A stretch of DNA of 64,000 bases from a bacterium (GCA_963675295.2 CAXXKJ010000001.1:32043-96042), one strand, 5' to 3'. Positions 51,667 through 61,058 are shown, numbered from the stretch's first letter. Made by a program: numbers and translations. Notes: generated by a model not told the origin, from the letters alone.

Positions 51667-52116
51667 GTGAGCTACCAATTCAGCTATGCGTACAGCCGGG
51701 TTTTCCTGCTGACGGTGGTCGTAACCGTGCTTCTTAGTTGGGGTTGCGGAAAAGCTAAGAACGAGTCGCTGCCGCCGGAGGCGTCCGGAACCGTCGCCAT
51801 CGCCCTTAGCGACCACCCGAGCCTGCAACGCGCCGGGAATGCTGTCAGTCTGCACGACACCCCGCTGGACAGGGGTCTGATTATCGCCTGCACGGAGGAG
51901 AGAGTCTGGCGTGCGTACGATTCGTGGTGCACACACCAGGGCTGCGAAGTCAGCGTCTCGGCGTATGGCGGCCTCGAATGCCCATGCCACATCAGCCGCT
52001 TCACCATCGAGGGTGTGCCCACAACCGGCCCCGCGCCACGCCCGTTGGTCGAATACAAAACACAGCTTGACGGCGATTCGCTGCTCGTCATGCTCGACGA
52101 ACGCACCGTTCGGTGA
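51667..52116 (+). CDS. Rieske [2Fe-2S] lipoprotein
   Basis: A GTG start at 51667 lies 6 nt after GGAGGGGA. The lipobox-like sequence LLSWGC follows a hydrophobic helix. Both Rieske boxes are canonical (CTHQGC and CPCHISRF). Confidence 0.8.
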   Translation: MSYQFSYAYSRVFLLTVVVTVLLSWGCGKAKNESLPPEASGTVAIALSDHPSLQRAGNAVSLHDTPLDRGLIIACTEERVWRAYDSWCTHQGCEVSVSAYGGLECPCHISRFTIEGVPTTGPAPRPLVEYKTQLDGDSLLVMLDERTVR

Positions 52117-52164
52117 CTCCCGACGAACGCAGCGTCCGCAGATGCGAGACGGAACACCTGCGCG

Positions 52165-52716
52165 TCAAGCCAGTGACTGCAATGTATCCGGCCCGGTGTT
52201 GATGAGACGTAGTTCACGCATCGCGCCGGCGACGGTATGGAACGGAACCAGCACCATCTCAGAGTGATAGCTCGGACGTTTCCGTTTCCAGTCGGCCTGG
52301 GTGAACTGGCGGGAGACCGGGTGGTTGACGTACCAGTCCCGCCCGAACTCACGAAACACCGTCCGCAACGGCCGGAATGGCACCAGCGCAAACCGCCGCT
52401 TATTCGGCCAGATCCAGAGCACGTACTCGGTCAGCACATCCTCGCGCAATGTCCAGCCGACCACCGATTTTTCCACTGATGACCACGTTTCCAACGCCAG
52501 CCAGCCGACATAATTCCGCTGCGCCTTCACGTCAATCCCGATACGGGTGCCATCCCGAAGTACCACCCAGAAATCCACCCCCTTGCGATCTTCGGCAGGC
52601 GTGGACGGTTCAATCCGCGACATGGTGAGGAACTTCTGCCGCAACGCAAACCGCACCAACCGTGTCACCTGTTTGCTGCGGCTGTATGCAAGACACTTTC
52701 GGAACGAACTCATCAT
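52165..52716 (-). CDS. hypothetical protein with PD-(D/E)XK-like nuclease motif
   Basis: ATG 52716 lies 5 nt after GAAGGAGGG. The motif GVDFWVVLRDGTRIGIDVKAQ fits D-x14-D-x-K. I recognise no family. The upstream part of track ORF 52165..52932 crosses an AT-rich promoter-like patch. Confidence 0.55.
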   Translation of the reverse strand: MMSSFRKCLAYSRSKQVTRLVRFALRQKFLTMSRIEPSTPAEDRKGVDFWVVLRDGTRIGIDVKAQRNYVGWLALETWSSVEKSVVGWTLREDVLTEYVLWIWPNKRRFALVPFRPLRTVFREFGRDWYVNHPVSRQFTQADWKRKRPSYHSEMVLVPFHTVAGAMRELRLINTGPDTLQSLA

Positions 52717-52961
52717 CGGACCCTCCTTCGTTGCTGCACCGGAGTTGAGCAACTGCAGGGCCAATTCTCTTAGGGTTTTATTTATCAATAGGTTATGTAG
52801 AATCCGGGCCCGCTGGGCATGACCAACAAGATGTGCCCGCCGTGGCTCATCAACGACACTTGTGGGAGAAGCAACACTCAAGCGGATCCCGCAAAGCTGA
52901 CAGTTTGGCTCGCCATACTCGCTGCCGTACATTGCATTTTCCGTTCACACCGCGTGAGGTC

Positions 52962-52991
52962 TTGACAAACCGTCCGAGTCTGGTGTATTAT
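52962..52991 (+). promoter_or_regulatory. sigma70-like promoter (TTGACA-18 nt-TATTAT)
   Basis: TTGACA is at 52962..52967 and TATTAT at 52986..52991, ~48 nt upstream of the PPIase ATG. Confidence 0.45.
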
Positions 52992-53004
52992 GCAAACGTT
53001 TGCA
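52991..53004. promoter_or_regulatory. perfect 14-bp palindrome TGCAAACGTTTGCA (LacI/GalR-type operator-like)
   Basis: It overlaps the last base of the predicted -10 hexamer, has a central CG, and shares the 12-bp core GCAAACGTTTGC with 53508..53521. Confidence 0.45.
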
Positions 53005-53038
53005 TGGCGAGGGTGATCGTTCTTTTCTGGAGAACATC

Positions 53039-54775
53039 ATGCCGATCTCGACGGTTCAACACACGATGTCCAGCCGCAGAAGGCTTCCCCAAGCTTTGAC
53101 ACTTGCCCTCTGTCTGATCCCGCTGCTCGTCCTCTTCTCCTGCAATCGTGCCGACAAAAACGCAAACGAAATTGTCGCATTTGTCGGAAATTCTAAAATC
53201 ACAAAAGCGCAGTATGAGCAGAGATATCTCGACCTGACACAACTTCAGGGATTGCCCGCGAACGCCGACCTGCGCCAGGACCTACTCGCCGAGATGATTG
53301 ACGAAGAGGTGCTGCTCAACGCCGCCCGTCGGCAGCGGATGGACCATACCCCGGAAGCCGAACACCGCCGCAAGCTGATCGAACAGGCTCTGCTCCTCGA
53401 CCGCTACACCGAGCAGTTCATCCTCCCGGACATCAGCATCACCCGCGACGAGCTGGAAACGCTCTATATCCGTATGCAGACAACGGTTACGGCGCGCCAT
53501 CTGTATGCGCAAACGTTTGCGGAAGCACAAACCCTCCGTTCGCGGCTGCAAAACGGCGAGTCGTGGACCGCTCTTGCGACTGAGGTCTTCACCGATCCGG
53601 CGCTGCGAAACAGCGGCGGAAAACTGGACCGGTTCACCGTGGACGAGATGGACCAGGCGTTCGAGGAAGCGGCGTACACGTTGCCGCTGAACACCGTGTC
53701 CGAGCCGGTCAGGCTGAAGCACGGCTACAGCATCCTCGAGGTGCTCGACCGCAGCCGTCCGCCGATGATCACCGAGCAGCAGTTCCTCGAGAAGGAGGCG
53801 AACCTCGAAACGTATCTGTGCAGCCGGAAACGCACTGAGGCGACACGGTCGCACGCGGAAGCCGTACGCGATGAGCTGCAACTGGCCTTCAACGATAACA
53901 CGCTGGCCGCCGTCTACGACCGTTGGAATCTCGCGACAGACGGCGAAGGCCCGATCCTGCCGGCGTTGACCACCAATACGCCACCCAATCTGCTCAACCG
54001 CGAATTGCTGACCACCGCAAACGGCCCGATGACTGTCACGCAAGTGTTGACCACGTTGAGCAACGCCACAGCCACCGAACTCGGCTGGGTGGACACTCCT
54101 AACGCCCTCGCCGACCTGATCGCGGGGCTGCTGGCGCGTGACCGGATGCTTGCAACCGCCCGCGAACATCACCTCGACCAGGACGAAGCTTACACCCGTG
54201 CGGTCCGCTACGAGTTCGACACGTGGCTGTTGACCCAGGTCGAGGACGATATCCTCGCATCCACCGAAATCCCGGACGACAGCCTGCGCGCGTTGCTGGC
54301 CCGTGAGCACGACAGCTTCGCTCAGCCGGAGCGGATTGCACTGAGCGGCATCATCGTCGACTCACGCGCTGACGCGGACGCGGTCGAACGCGGCCTGCGT
54401 GACGGCAAACCCTTCGCACGGCTGGCGCGGGAATATTCGAGCAATGCAGACAACGCAGCCCATGGTGGCACACTCGGCCATTTCACACGCAAGGAACTCG
54501 GCCCGGAAGTCAGTGTATTGTGGAAGCTGCAGCCCGGTCAGTGGATTGGCCCTGTTGATCTGGATGCCACCCATTTCGGTTTCTTCCGCGTCGACAACCG
54601 GATTCCGGCCGAGCATCCAGCCTTTGACGACCTCCGCGACGAGCTGGTGACGGTTTACAAACAGCGCAACCGGCGCGCGCTGCTGAAGGATTTCGTCGCA
54701 CGCGAACGCGCGGATCTGGTGATCGAGGTACGCATGGAACGACTGGACGACATCCAACTGGCGGGGGTGTACTGA
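53039..54775 (+). CDS. SurA/PpiC-type peptidyl-prolyl isomerase lipoprotein (two parvulin-like domains)
   Basis: ATG 53039 follows GGAGA. Signal plus lipobox ...LIPLLVLFSC. Parvulin-like segments are ARHLYAQTF...GGKLDRFTVDEMDQAFEEAAY and a second one near GGTLGHFTRKELGPEV. Confidence 0.8.
   Translation: MPISTVQHTMSSRRRLPQALTLALCLIPLLVLFSCNRADKNANEIVAFVGNSKITKAQYEQRYLDLTQLQGLPANADLRQDLLAEMIDEEVLLNAARRQRMDHTPEAEHRRKLIEQALLLDRYTEQFILPDISITRDELETLYIRMQTTVTARHLYAQTFAEAQTLRSRLQNGESWTALATEVFTDPALRNSGGKLDRFTVDEMDQAFEEAAYTLPLNTVSEPVRLKHGYSILEVLDRSRPPMITEQQFLEKEANLETYLCSRKRTEATRSHAEAVRDELQLAFNDNTLAAVYDRWNLATDGEGPILPALTTNTPPNLLNRELLTTANGPMTVTQVLTTLSNATATELGWVDTPNALADLIAGLLARDRMLATAREHHLDQDEAYTRAVRYEFDTWLLTQVEDDILASTEIPDDSLRALLAREHDSFAQPERIALSGIIVDSRADADAVERGLRDGKPFARLAREYSSNADNAAHGGTLGHFTRKELGPEVSVLWKLQPGQWIGPVDLDATHFGFFRVDNRIPAEHPAFDDLRDELVTVYKQRNRRALLKDFVARERADLVIEVRMERLDDIQLAGVY
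53508..53521. promoter_or_regulatory. second perfect 14-bp palindrome CGCAAACGTTTGCG, inside the PPIase gene
   Basis: It has the same 12-bp core as 52991..53004 and lies 517 bp downstream of it. Confidence 0.35.
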
Positions 54776-54778
54776 CGC

Positions 54779-57553
54779 ATGAAATTGTTGCGATTCGTTG
54801 TGTTGCCCTGCCTGATCCTGCTGCTGGCGATCCTGATCGCAGGGCCGGTCCATGCTCAGACCAGCGGAAAGATCATCGGCACCGTCACCGACGACGAAAC
54901 TGGCGAACCGTTGCCAGGCGCGGCGGTGGTCGTTGAGGGGATGACCCTCGGCGCGTCCAGCGACATCGACGGCAGGTTCGTCATCCTCCGCATCCCGCCC
55001 GGCAACGTCACCCTGAAGGCGAGTTTCATCGGTTACAGCACGGTTGTCGTCGAGGATGTGCAGGTCCTCACGGATGTGACGTCGCATATCGAAATCGAGA
55101 TGACGCCGTCCGCGATCTCCGGCGAGGAAGTGGTGATCACCGCCGAGCGCCCGCTCGTGCGCCGCGACCAGACCTCGATGGAATCGCATGTCCGTGCCGA
55201 GGATCTCGACCGCATGCCGGTGGAAAATCTGGACGAAGTCATCGACCGCCAGGCCGGGGTTGTGCGCGGCCGGGACGGCGGCCTGCACATCCGTGGCGGG
55301 CGGGCTTCCGAGGTCAACTATCTGATCAACGGCATCAGCATCACCGACGATTACGACAAATCGCAGGCGTTCGACATTCACAATGAGGCCGTCGCCGAAC
55401 TGCAGGTGGTAAGCGGGGCGTTCAACGCTGAATACGGCAACGCAATGAGCGGTATCGTCAACATCACCACCAAGGGCGGCAGCAACGAGTGGCACGGGTC
55501 CGCCGAAATGCAGGCGGGCGATTATCTCAGCAGCCGCACCGACGTCTTCCCGAACATTGACGACCTCAGCGTCGCCTCCACCGGCACCCAAAGCGTCAGC
55601 CTCAGCGGACCGATCATTCGCGACAAGCTGACGTTCTTCATCTCCGGCAAGCAGCTTTACAACGAGGGCTACATCTACGGCTCCCGCTGGTACCTGCCGC
55701 AAGGCCGGGGGTACATGACCGAAGACAGCACAACCGTACTCACTCCCGGCGACAGCTCGTATGTCCCGATGCAACAGAGCCGTAACCAAAGCGGGCAAGC
55801 AACCTTGCACTGGTCGGTGACCCCGAAGCTGCAACTGAAAGCCGACCTGCTCGGCAGCCACTACCGGGGACGGTCGTACAACCACACCTACCGCTACAAC
55901 CCGGACGGGTATGGCTACAGCGAAAGCAACGGTTTCGCGGGCATTCTGAAGGGTACGTGGCTGTTCAACAAAAACACGTTCGCCGAATTGTCGTACGCCA
56001 ATCGATACAACGAATCCACGTACCAGCTCTACGACGATTCGCGCGACAGCCGTTATGTTCACCCTGATTCGGCGTTGACCGCCGGCTACACCTTCGCCAC
56101 CGCCGGAACCGACCTCTCGATCTTCAAGCGCAGCACGACCAGCAACCTCGCGAAGCTGGACGTGACCAGCCAGGTGACGTATTCGCATCAGCTCAAGGGT
56201 GGCCTGCAACTGCAGCTGGACGAGATCTACTACAACGACTACACGCTCGTGCCGAAGACGAAACCGTCCGGCGGGGAGATTGTCCCGTTTGTGCCGTCCA
56301 TCGAGGCCGCGACAACCACCAACCACGACCGGTACACCCGTGAGCCGGTCACCTTTGCCGCGTACCTGCAGGACAAGATTGAATACGAAAGCGTGGTGAT
56401 CAATGTCGGCCTGCGTTTCGACTGGTTTGACCCGCAGGGGCAGATTCCGGTAGATGAGCAGGACCCGAATGTCTACAACCCGTTGAAGCTGATCCACAAG
56501 TACCACGACCTCAACGGGGACGGTGTCATTGACCTCTCCGAACAGACCGGCGACAACCAGTACACGCTCGCCGAACGCCGGGCATTCTGGTATCGCGACA
56601 CGACACCGAAGTACCAGCTCAGTCCGCGTCTCGGTGTCGCCTACCCGATCACCGACCGGGGCATCATTCACTTCTCGTACGGCATCTTCCAGCAGATTCC
56701 GGAATACAGCCTGCTCTACAACGACGACGAACGCAAGCTGAGCGAAGCGGCGGACATTTACGGCCCGTTCGGCAATCCCGACCTCGAGCCGCAACGCACC
56801 ACGATGTACGAGCTCGGTCTGGCGCAGGAGTTGACCGACCAGCTCGCGATCAACATCACCGGTTTCCAGCGCGACATCCGCAACTGGATCAGTGCCAGCG
56901 CGCCGATCCCGACCAGCGTGGCGACGGTTTCTTACGTCACCTATGTCAACCGCGACCTCGCCACCGTGCGCGGCGTGACACTGGGCATGGAAGGCCGTGT
57001 CAGCGACCGGTTCTCCCTGACCGGTGACTACACCTTCCAGATCGCCCAAGGCACCAATTCCGCACCGGAAGACGAATACTGGGCGCAACTGGACGGTGCC
57101 GAACCGACCAAGGAGCTGACCCCGCTGAACTGGGATCAGCGCCACACGTTGAACGTCAACGCCTACTACGGCAGCGAATACTACGGAATTACCCTGCTCG
57201 GCCGATTCTCGTCCGGCCATCCTTACACCCCCGAGATCTTGACCGGGGAACGGTCGGGCAGGAGTATTATCGCCGGCCTCGCGGAAAACAGCCGCCGCAT
57301 GCCAAACCGCTTTACGATGGATCTGTACGCGTTCCGCAAGTTCGACGCCGGCATCGGCCAGGTCCGCCTGTCGCTGCAGGTAAAGAATCTGTTCGATTCC
57401 GCCAACCCGATAGACGTCTTCTACGACACCGGCCTCGCCGACTACACCATCAACCAGGATCTCGTGCTCACGGCGGACGATGGCTACTTCATCCAACCCG
57501 ATTACTACTCCGAACCGCGCTCGGTCTTGCTGGGGATCAGCTATGAATTCTAA
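54779..57553 (+). CDS. TonB-dependent-receptor-like outer-membrane barrel with CarboxypepD_reg-like N-terminal domain
   Basis: It has a signal peptide and the motif GKIIGTVTDDETGEPLPGAAVVVEG. A plug-like region (IRGGRASEVNYLINGISI) is followed by a long beta-rich region ending ...LGISYEF. Confidence 0.85.
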   Translation: MKLLRFVVLPCLILLLAILIAGPVHAQTSGKIIGTVTDDETGEPLPGAAVVVEGMTLGASSDIDGRFVILRIPPGNVTLKASFIGYSTVVVEDVQVLTDVTSHIEIEMTPSAISGEEVVITAERPLVRRDQTSMESHVRAEDLDRMPVENLDEVIDRQAGVVRGRDGGLHIRGGRASEVNYLINGISITDDYDKSQAFDIHNEAVAELQVVSGAFNAEYGNAMSGIVNITTKGGSNEWHGSAEMQAGDYLSSRTDVFPNIDDLSVASTGTQSVSLSGPIIRDKLTFFISGKQLYNEGYIYGSRWYLPQGRGYMTEDSTTVLTPGDSSYVPMQQSRNQSGQATLHWSVTPKLQLKADLLGSHYRGRSYNHTYRYNPDGYGYSESNGFAGILKGTWLFNKNTFAELSYANRYNESTYQLYDDSRDSRYVHPDSALTAGYTFATAGTDLSIFKRSTTSNLAKLDVTSQVTYSHQLKGGLQLQLDEIYYNDYTLVPKTKPSGGEIVPFVPSIEAATTTNHDRYTREPVTFAAYLQDKIEYESVVINVGLRFDWFDPQGQIPVDEQDPNVYNPLKLIHKYHDLNGDGVIDLSEQTGDNQYTLAERRAFWYRDTTPKYQLSPRLGVAYPITDRGIIHFSYGIFQQIPEYSLLYNDDERKLSEAADIYGPFGNPDLEPQRTTMYELGLAQELTDQLAINITGFQRDIRNWISASAPIPTSVATVSYVTYVNRDLATVRGVTLGMEGRVSDRFSLTGDYTFQIAQGTNSAPEDEYWAQLDGAEPTKELTPLNWDQRHTLNVNAYYGSEYYGITLLGRFSSGHPYTPEILTGERSGRSIIAGLAENSRRMPNRFTMDLYAFRKFDAGIGQVRLSLQVKNLFDSANPIDVFYDTGLADYTINQDLVLTADDGYFIQPDYYSEPRSVLLGISYEF

Positions 57554-60500
57554 GCGAACACATCGGCTGTGGATGATCGCCTGCGGACTGCTGCTGACCC
57601 TGACGGTGGCCACCTTCGCACAACCGGAGGACCACATTCCCTCCGATCAGCGGGGACGGTCGGACCTGCGCCGCTACAGCAACATGGCGGGGAATTCGCT
57701 GCGCGCATCGGTGTTCAACACCGGCCTTTCCGGCCATCCGAACGAATGGCCCGAGTCGATCACCTACGAGTACCCGAAGAATACCGGCCGCGTCTACATC
57801 TCGATTGTCGGCATCTGGCTCGGCGGTGAAGTCACCGACGAGAACGGCGACCTGATCAAAATGATCGACATGCCGATGTGGCGTGAAAGCCCGAGCGGCG
57901 ATTCGTGGACGATGGAACCGATCCAGGGCTTCCTCAACCCGTCCTCGACCGATATCGCCCGCAGTGACGATCCGGACAGCTGGCCCCCGTTTTCCGAAGG
58001 CGGCTGGCGCGACAAACGGGACGACCCCAACGATCCCGGCTGGGTCGGATCGTGGAACGGTTTCTTCGGCAAGGACATTTTCAACGCGGACGTCGAGTTC
58101 TACTACCGCGCCGGGGATGATAGCTACGACCGGTACGAGTACATTCCGGACGAAACCGATCCCAGCCGCGCCGGACTTGGCTACCTGATGGATGTGCGCA
58201 CACTCGCCTGGACCCAGGTCCTCATCAGCGACGTCATTTTCTTCGTGCACGACATCAAGAATGACGGCACCAAGCGCATCCCGAAGGCGTCCTTCCTGAT
58301 CTTCCTCGCGGATTATGTCGGCGGGGATGGCACCGACGACGAACCGTACGTCGACCTGCAAACCGACACGGCGTTCCTCACCGACCTCGACCGCATCGGC
58401 ACCGAGGAGTTCGGCAGCGATCCGGTGGGCGTGGCGTCGATCCGTTACCTCGAAACACCGGGCAACCAGGTGGACGGCATCGACAACGACGGCGACGCCG
58501 ACTACCACAGCGAACTCATCTCGCAGATCGACGGCGACCCGGAGGTGCGTGTCCCGCTGTTCACAGACACCGATTTCACCTCGCGCCACATCAACGAAGG
58601 CCAGTCGATCGTCCTGATCGATGAGGATGACTACAGCCGGATCATTGTCGAGTATCCGGTCGGTGGTGGAACTGTCGTCAGCCAGGGCCGCGAAATCGCG
58701 CTGCCCGCGGGTGGGATCACGTTGACCGAAGCCGAGGAAGCGAACTCGTTCGACGACGACCTCGACGGCCTGATCGACGAACGCGAATCGCTGCACCTTA
58801 CCCGTTTTGATGAGATCAGCGGCACCGAGCGCCCGGTCCGCTACATCAACTACCTCTCGTTCGCGGTCGGGGACACGATCAAGCGCGGCTTTGTCGTCGC
58901 CGGAACCGATGCCGAGCTGGATTACGCCAACGTCGCGCCGATGATTGACGAATCCCGCGACGATGGCTTCGACAACGACGGCGACTGGGACCTGTTCACC
59001 AACGACACCGGCCTCGACGGCGTTCCCGACACCGGCGACGAAGGCGACGGGGACGGGCGCCCGACCTCCGGCGCCGGAACCGACTTCCCCGGCGAAGCGA
59101 ACATCGACAAGACCGATGTCACTGAAACCGACCTGATCGGCCTCACCGCCGCCTCGCAGGTGCAGGTGGGGCAGGTTTCGTACGGCGGAGCGGACGACAT
59201 CCTCTGGGACCGCTTCATGGTCCCCGGCCAGTTCGAGCTGCCACGTCCCACCGGCGAGTACGACACCTTCGTCTCCAGCGGCTACTTCCCGGTCGAACCC
59301 GGTGAACGGCAACGCATGGCGATCAGCGTCGCCATCGCCGCCGGTGGCATCAACAAGAACGCCGACATTCAGAGCGTGATCGCGAAGCAGGAACGCGCGA
59401 AGGAAGCGTACGAGGTGGACTACCAGTTCGCCCAGGCGCCGATCCGGCCGACCGTGCGCGCCGTACCGGGCGATGGACGCGTCACCCTCTACTGGGACAC
59501 CGACGCCGAGCAGTCGACCGACCGCTACATCGAGAGCATTGGCGGCACGCCGTACGATTTCGAGGGCTATCGCGTCTACCGTTCGACCGATGCCGCGATG
59601 GAAGACGCACGCGTTGTCACCGACGCCGACGGCATCCCGATCCTGCTGCGGCCAATCGCGCAGTACGACCTCGCGGATGGTATCACCGGCCTGCACCCGA
59701 CCGACATCAACGGTGCCATGTTCGATCTCGGCGACGATACCGGCCTGCAGTACAGCTTCACCGATTACGATGTCATCAACGGGCAGCGCTACTTCTACGC
59801 CGTCACCGCCTACGACTTCGGCTATGCCGCCGCGAACATCGCGCCGAGCGAAAGCTCGATCCAGATCGACGTCGATCAGCAAGGCAATGTCGAACACAGC
59901 CGGAATGTCGCCGTCGTCCGGCCTGCCGCACCGGCAGCCGGGTATGTCGCGCCGAATGTCGAGTGGTTTACGCACACCTCCGGCGGCGCAACCGGACTGA
60001 TCGAGGTTTCGGAGATCGTGGATCCGTCCGAGATTCTCGACGGTCACGTCTACGAAGTCACCTTCCGCGACACCGTCATCGCCGGTGACCCGAGCGACAC
60101 ACTGACCACGCGCGACTTCACGCTGCGTAATGTCACCGAGGATCGCGTTGTCCTCGAGAACAGCCCATACTTCAACGAAGGCGATCCGGTCCCGGTTACC
60201 GAAGGCTTCCAGCTCGCGCTGGCCAATGAGCGCCTCGTGCAGCTCGACGCCGAGCGCTCAGGCTGGACCGATGACGACGTTTTCCCGGCCTCGTTCGCGC
60301 CGGCGACGTTCATCGGCGTGCGTGGCGAACGACGGCCCAACGATTACCGCATTATCGTCGGCGAGGGCACGCAAACCGCGTCCTACGACACCTCGATAGG
60401 CATCGCGTCGCTGCCCTCCGTGGACGTCAACATCCACGTCGAAAACATCATCAGCGGCGATTCGGTCAAGTTCGCCTACGCCGATCTGTACGGCCAGGAC

Positions 60501-61058
60501 GGCCTGTTCAACACCAATCCGGACAACAGCGACGAAACGGACATCCTGTTCCTGCTCGAACCGGACGGCGCGGGTGGGCTGACCTACACGTGGCAGATCA
60601 ACCTGCTCGCCGCGGCGAACCATCGCAACCCGGAACCGGGCGACACGCTCGAATTCCGCCTGCGGAAGCCGTTCCTGTCGTCCGACACGTACCAGTTCGA
60701 GGTGAACGCGTCCACCATTTCACGCGCGGCGGCAAAGGAGGATCTCGCCGATATCCGGGTTGTGCCGAACCCGTACGTCGTCACCGAAGTCTGGGAGCCG
60801 AACAACCCGTACAGCAGCGGACGCGGCCCGCGTGAGATCCATTTCATCAACCTGCCGAAACGCTGCACCATCCGCATCTTCAACGTGGAAGGCGTGCTGA
60901 TCGACACCATCGATCACGAAGCCGCCGCCGAAAACGGCACCGCGATCTGGGATGTGTTGAGCCGTGAGGGTCTGTCGATTTCGTACGGGATCTACATCTA
61001 CCACGTCGACGCGCCCGGGGTTGGCGAAAAGACCGGAACCTTCGGAGTCATCAAATGA
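57543..61058 (+). CDS. 1171-aa secreted protein: Ca-binding Asp-rich repeats + Fn3-like domain + divergent T9SS-like C-terminal domain
   Basis: ATG 57543 overlaps the preceding gene by 11 nt. Signal peptide MNSKRTHRLWMIACGLLLTLTVATFAQ. Thrombospondin-type-3-like repeats include DNDGDADY, DDDLDGLIDE, DNDGDWD and DTGDEGDGDG. The segment GDGRVTLYWD...YRVYRS is Fn3-like. The C-terminus reads IRVVPNPYV...CTIRIFNVEGVLI...YGIYIYHV...GTFGVIK. Confidence 0.85.
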   Translation: MNSKRTHRLWMIACGLLLTLTVATFAQPEDHIPSDQRGRSDLRRYSNMAGNSLRASVFNTGLSGHPNEWPESITYEYPKNTGRVYISIVGIWLGGEVTDENGDLIKMIDMPMWRESPSGDSWTMEPIQGFLNPSSTDIARSDDPDSWPPFSEGGWRDKRDDPNDPGWVGSWNGFFGKDIFNADVEFYYRAGDDSYDRYEYIPDETDPSRAGLGYLMDVRTLAWTQVLISDVIFFVHDIKNDGTKRIPKASFLIFLADYVGGDGTDDEPYVDLQTDTAFLTDLDRIGTEEFGSDPVGVASIRYLETPGNQVDGIDNDGDADYHSELISQIDGDPEVRVPLFTDTDFTSRHINEGQSIVLIDEDDYSRIIVEYPVGGGTVVSQGREIALPAGGITLTEAEEANSFDDDLDGLIDERESLHLTRFDEISGTERPVRYINYLSFAVGDTIKRGFVVAGTDAELDYANVAPMIDESRDDGFDNDGDWDLFTNDTGLDGVPDTGDEGDGDGRPTSGAGTDFPGEANIDKTDVTETDLIGLTAASQVQVGQVSYGGADDILWDRFMVPGQFELPRPTGEYDTFVSSGYFPVEPGERQRMAISVAIAAGGINKNADIQSVIAKQERAKEAYEVDYQFAQAPIRPTVRAVPGDGRVTLYWDTDAEQSTDRYIESIGGTPYDFEGYRVYRSTDAAMEDARVVTDADGIPILLRPIAQYDLADGITGLHPTDINGAMFDLGDDTGLQYSFTDYDVINGQRYFYAVTAYDFGYAAANIAPSESSIQIDVDQQGNVEHSRNVAVVRPAAPAAGYVAPNVEWFTHTSGGATGLIEVSEIVDPSEILDGHVYEVTFRDTVIAGDPSDTLTTRDFTLRNVTEDRVVLENSPYFNEGDPVPVTEGFQLALANERLVQLDAERSGWTDDDVFPASFAPATFIGVRGERRPNDYRIIVGEGTQTASYDTSIGIASLPSVDVNIHVENIISGDSVKFAYADLYGQDGLFNTNPDNSDETDILFLLEPDGAGGLTYTWQINLLAAANHRNPEPGDTLEFRLRKPFLSSDTYQFEVNASTISRAAAKEDLADIRVVPNPYVVTEVWEPNNPYSSGRGPREIHFINLPKRCTIRIFNVEGVLIDTIDHEAAAENGTAIWDVLSREGLSISYGIYIYHVDAPGVGEKTGTFGVIK

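Noticed and set aside
54362-57637. 1091-aa ORF on the minus strand, the longest antisense ORF in the track
   Set aside because: It lies exactly antisense to the TonB-dependent-receptor-like gene, which has clear family motifs, a signal peptide and a C-terminal Phe. Its translation is Arg/Ala/Val/Gly-rich low-complexity sequence typical of GC3-driven shadow frames. It has no SD and no recognisable motif.
57537-60047. 836-aa minus-strand ORF
   Set aside because: It is a shadow frame opposite the 1171-aa secreted protein and has the same compositional signature.
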